Positions 62,034 through 64,000 of a DNA stretch of 64,000 bases are shown here, one piece after another. Position numbers and translations under genes: made by a program. Below the pieces are notes generated by a model that was given only the letters and a program-made list of their open reading frames with translations, was not told the origin of the DNA and ran no database searches. Location of the stretch: assembly GCF_006345805.1 (NCBI RefSeq), contig NC_043001.1, forward strand, positions 89,032,001 to 89,096,000. The letters are read 5' to 3'. The DNA comes from Octopus sinensis (taxonomy: Eukaryota). Within the stretch, counting starts at the first letter, position 1. Every line of letters starts with the position of its first letter.

Positions 62034-63614
62034 AGATTATGTTTCAATTGGGTTAATATCTCATTTTCATCAGGTGTTTTATTCTTGAAAATGCAGTCCA
62101 CAACTAGATTTAAACCAAACATTTGCATTTCTGAAAAAGGAGTATTAATGTTGTTATCCAATAAACCACTGAAACATGTATGTGTGGGTAAGGACATTAT
62201 GAACATTGTAAATAAATGTCCTAAGTTCAAATTCAGCCTGAGACTATGTACATATCCAGGAATAAATCACTTCATGACATTTAGATATCAAACCCTTTGA
62301 AATGTAATGCCATTATCATCATCATCATCATCACCCACTTTTCCACACTTGCATGAGTCAGATGGAACTCAATGTGGCAAATTTTCTACAGCTAGATGAC
62401 GATGCTGTTACCAACCTTCATTTGCTTCAAGGTAAGGTAATATTTTCTCATGGCCAGGTGTATTTATCACAGAAGTTTGGAAACAAGAAACACTGCCTGT
62501 GTAACATTGTTGATCATTGATAACCACCATGTGATATCAAAACAAAGAGATAAAACATAAACAAGCATACCTTTTACTTGTTTCAGATTGTGTCCATGCT
62601 GGGGCACTATCTTGAAGGGTTAAGGGTTTAGTCAAGCAAATCAACCCCAGTACTTCTTTTTAAGCCTGGTACTTGCCCTACCAGTCTCTTATGCCAAACT
62701 GCAAAGTTATGGGGACGTAAACAAACCAACACTGGTTGTTAAGTGGTAGTGGAAAACAAACACAAAGACACGCACATACATACATACTCACATACACGAC
62801 CAGCTTCTTTCAGTTTCCATCATTTCCATCTACCAAATCCTCTCACAAAGCTTGGTTTGCCTAGGCCTATCGTAGAAAGCAACTGCCCAAGGTACCATGC
62901 TGCAGGACTGAACCTAAAACCATATGGATGGGAAGGAAGCTCCTTTCCACATAGCCATATATATATATTTGTATGTGTATGTGTGTGTGTATTTAACAGG
63001 CTCCTTTCAGTTGTTGTATATCAAATCCACTTACAAGTAGCCAAGGGCTATAGTGAGGACATTTACTCAAGGTGCAACACGGTGGGGCTGAAGCTGAAAC
63101 CACATGGTTGGGAAGCAAACTTCTTAAGTACAAAGCCAAACACAAAATAAGGTTAATAGTCTGGTTAAACTATAATCTTAGAAACAGCTCATCACTGACA
63201 GAGATTTATCTGTTCAAAAGGATTCACAATGTAAAGTAGAGCTAAAAGAGCAATATAAAGAAAAATGAAAGAGTTTAGTAAACAAAGAATCAATAATAAG
63301 GTATACAAGCAAATAATTATTGACAGTTTTAAGAACAAATTACGTTTGTCTTCTAATAATTGACCTTTGCAGAAAGACTGAAACTTGGGATGTTTTTTGA
63401 TAATAGAGTTCACCTTGAGTTTTAAATATACTAATTGCCCACCTGTGTCTTCATATCAGACAGTCTGTGACCTTTTATAACCAGTTAGAGAACCCTGTAA
63501 ATTATATGGTGACACTACACAAAGCATTCATTAGCACTTTTCTGCTATGTAACAAGGTTGGTAGGGTGGGGAGAGATGATGATATGTGTGTTTCTGTGCA
63601 TGTGAGAGAGAAAA

Positions 63615-63652
<38 letters not shown>

Positions 63653-64000
63653 GGAGAGAGAAAGAGAGAGATATGACTGCATGGTTAAGAAGTTTGCTTG
63701 CCAATCACAAGTTCAGTCCCAGTGCATAGCACCTTGGGCATCTTCTATTACAGCCTTAGGCCACCTTTTAAGTGGATTCAGTAGGCAGAAACTGAAGAAA
63801 GTGTCCTATATATATATATGTATGTATGTATGTATGTGTGTGTGTGTATTATTATTATTATTCATCTTTACATTCTGAGTTGAAACTCCAATGAGGTCGA
63901 CTTTGCCCTAGTCAAGTGCTGGGGCTGATGTGATCGACTTAACCCTCCCCCAAAATTTCAGGCCTTGTGCCTATAGTCGAAAGAATCATTATTATTATTA

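Overview
AT-rich, CpG-poor, microsatellite-dense eukaryotic DNA. The SINE/RTE/Penelope repertoire and the (TA)n/(CA)n/(TTA)n density suggest a mollusc, probably an octopus (inference). Only one intact protein-coding exon is supported: a 590-aa LRR single-pass membrane protein on the minus strand (48712-50484) ending in a PDZ-binding-type ESAV tail. The rest is mostly transposon debris: R4/Dong, RTE, CR1/L2 and Gypsy fragments, an internally deleted mariner, piggyBac-like and hAT-like MITEs, Helentron-type elements and tRNA-derived SINEs. There is also a KLHDC10-like kelch gene fragment inside a composite repeat that splits a SINE. The most striking signal is a set of short type I hammerhead-ribozyme (HHR) motifs at seven loci, with different sequences and mostly in or next to (TA)n tracts. 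Four loci are back-to-back palindromes with one HHR per arm and 3' ends facing outward, forming a size series: 85 bp (9286-9370), about 310 bp (6607-6915), about 420 bp (32680-33097) and a 3.85-kb young Neptune-type Penelope-like element (39381-43226). A fifth is a ~290-bp highly structured retrozyme-like unit (31543-31831) whose HHR caps a ~150-nt G-U-rich rod. Everything was read by eye; repeat boundaries are approximate and no ribozyme activity or family assignment has been tested.
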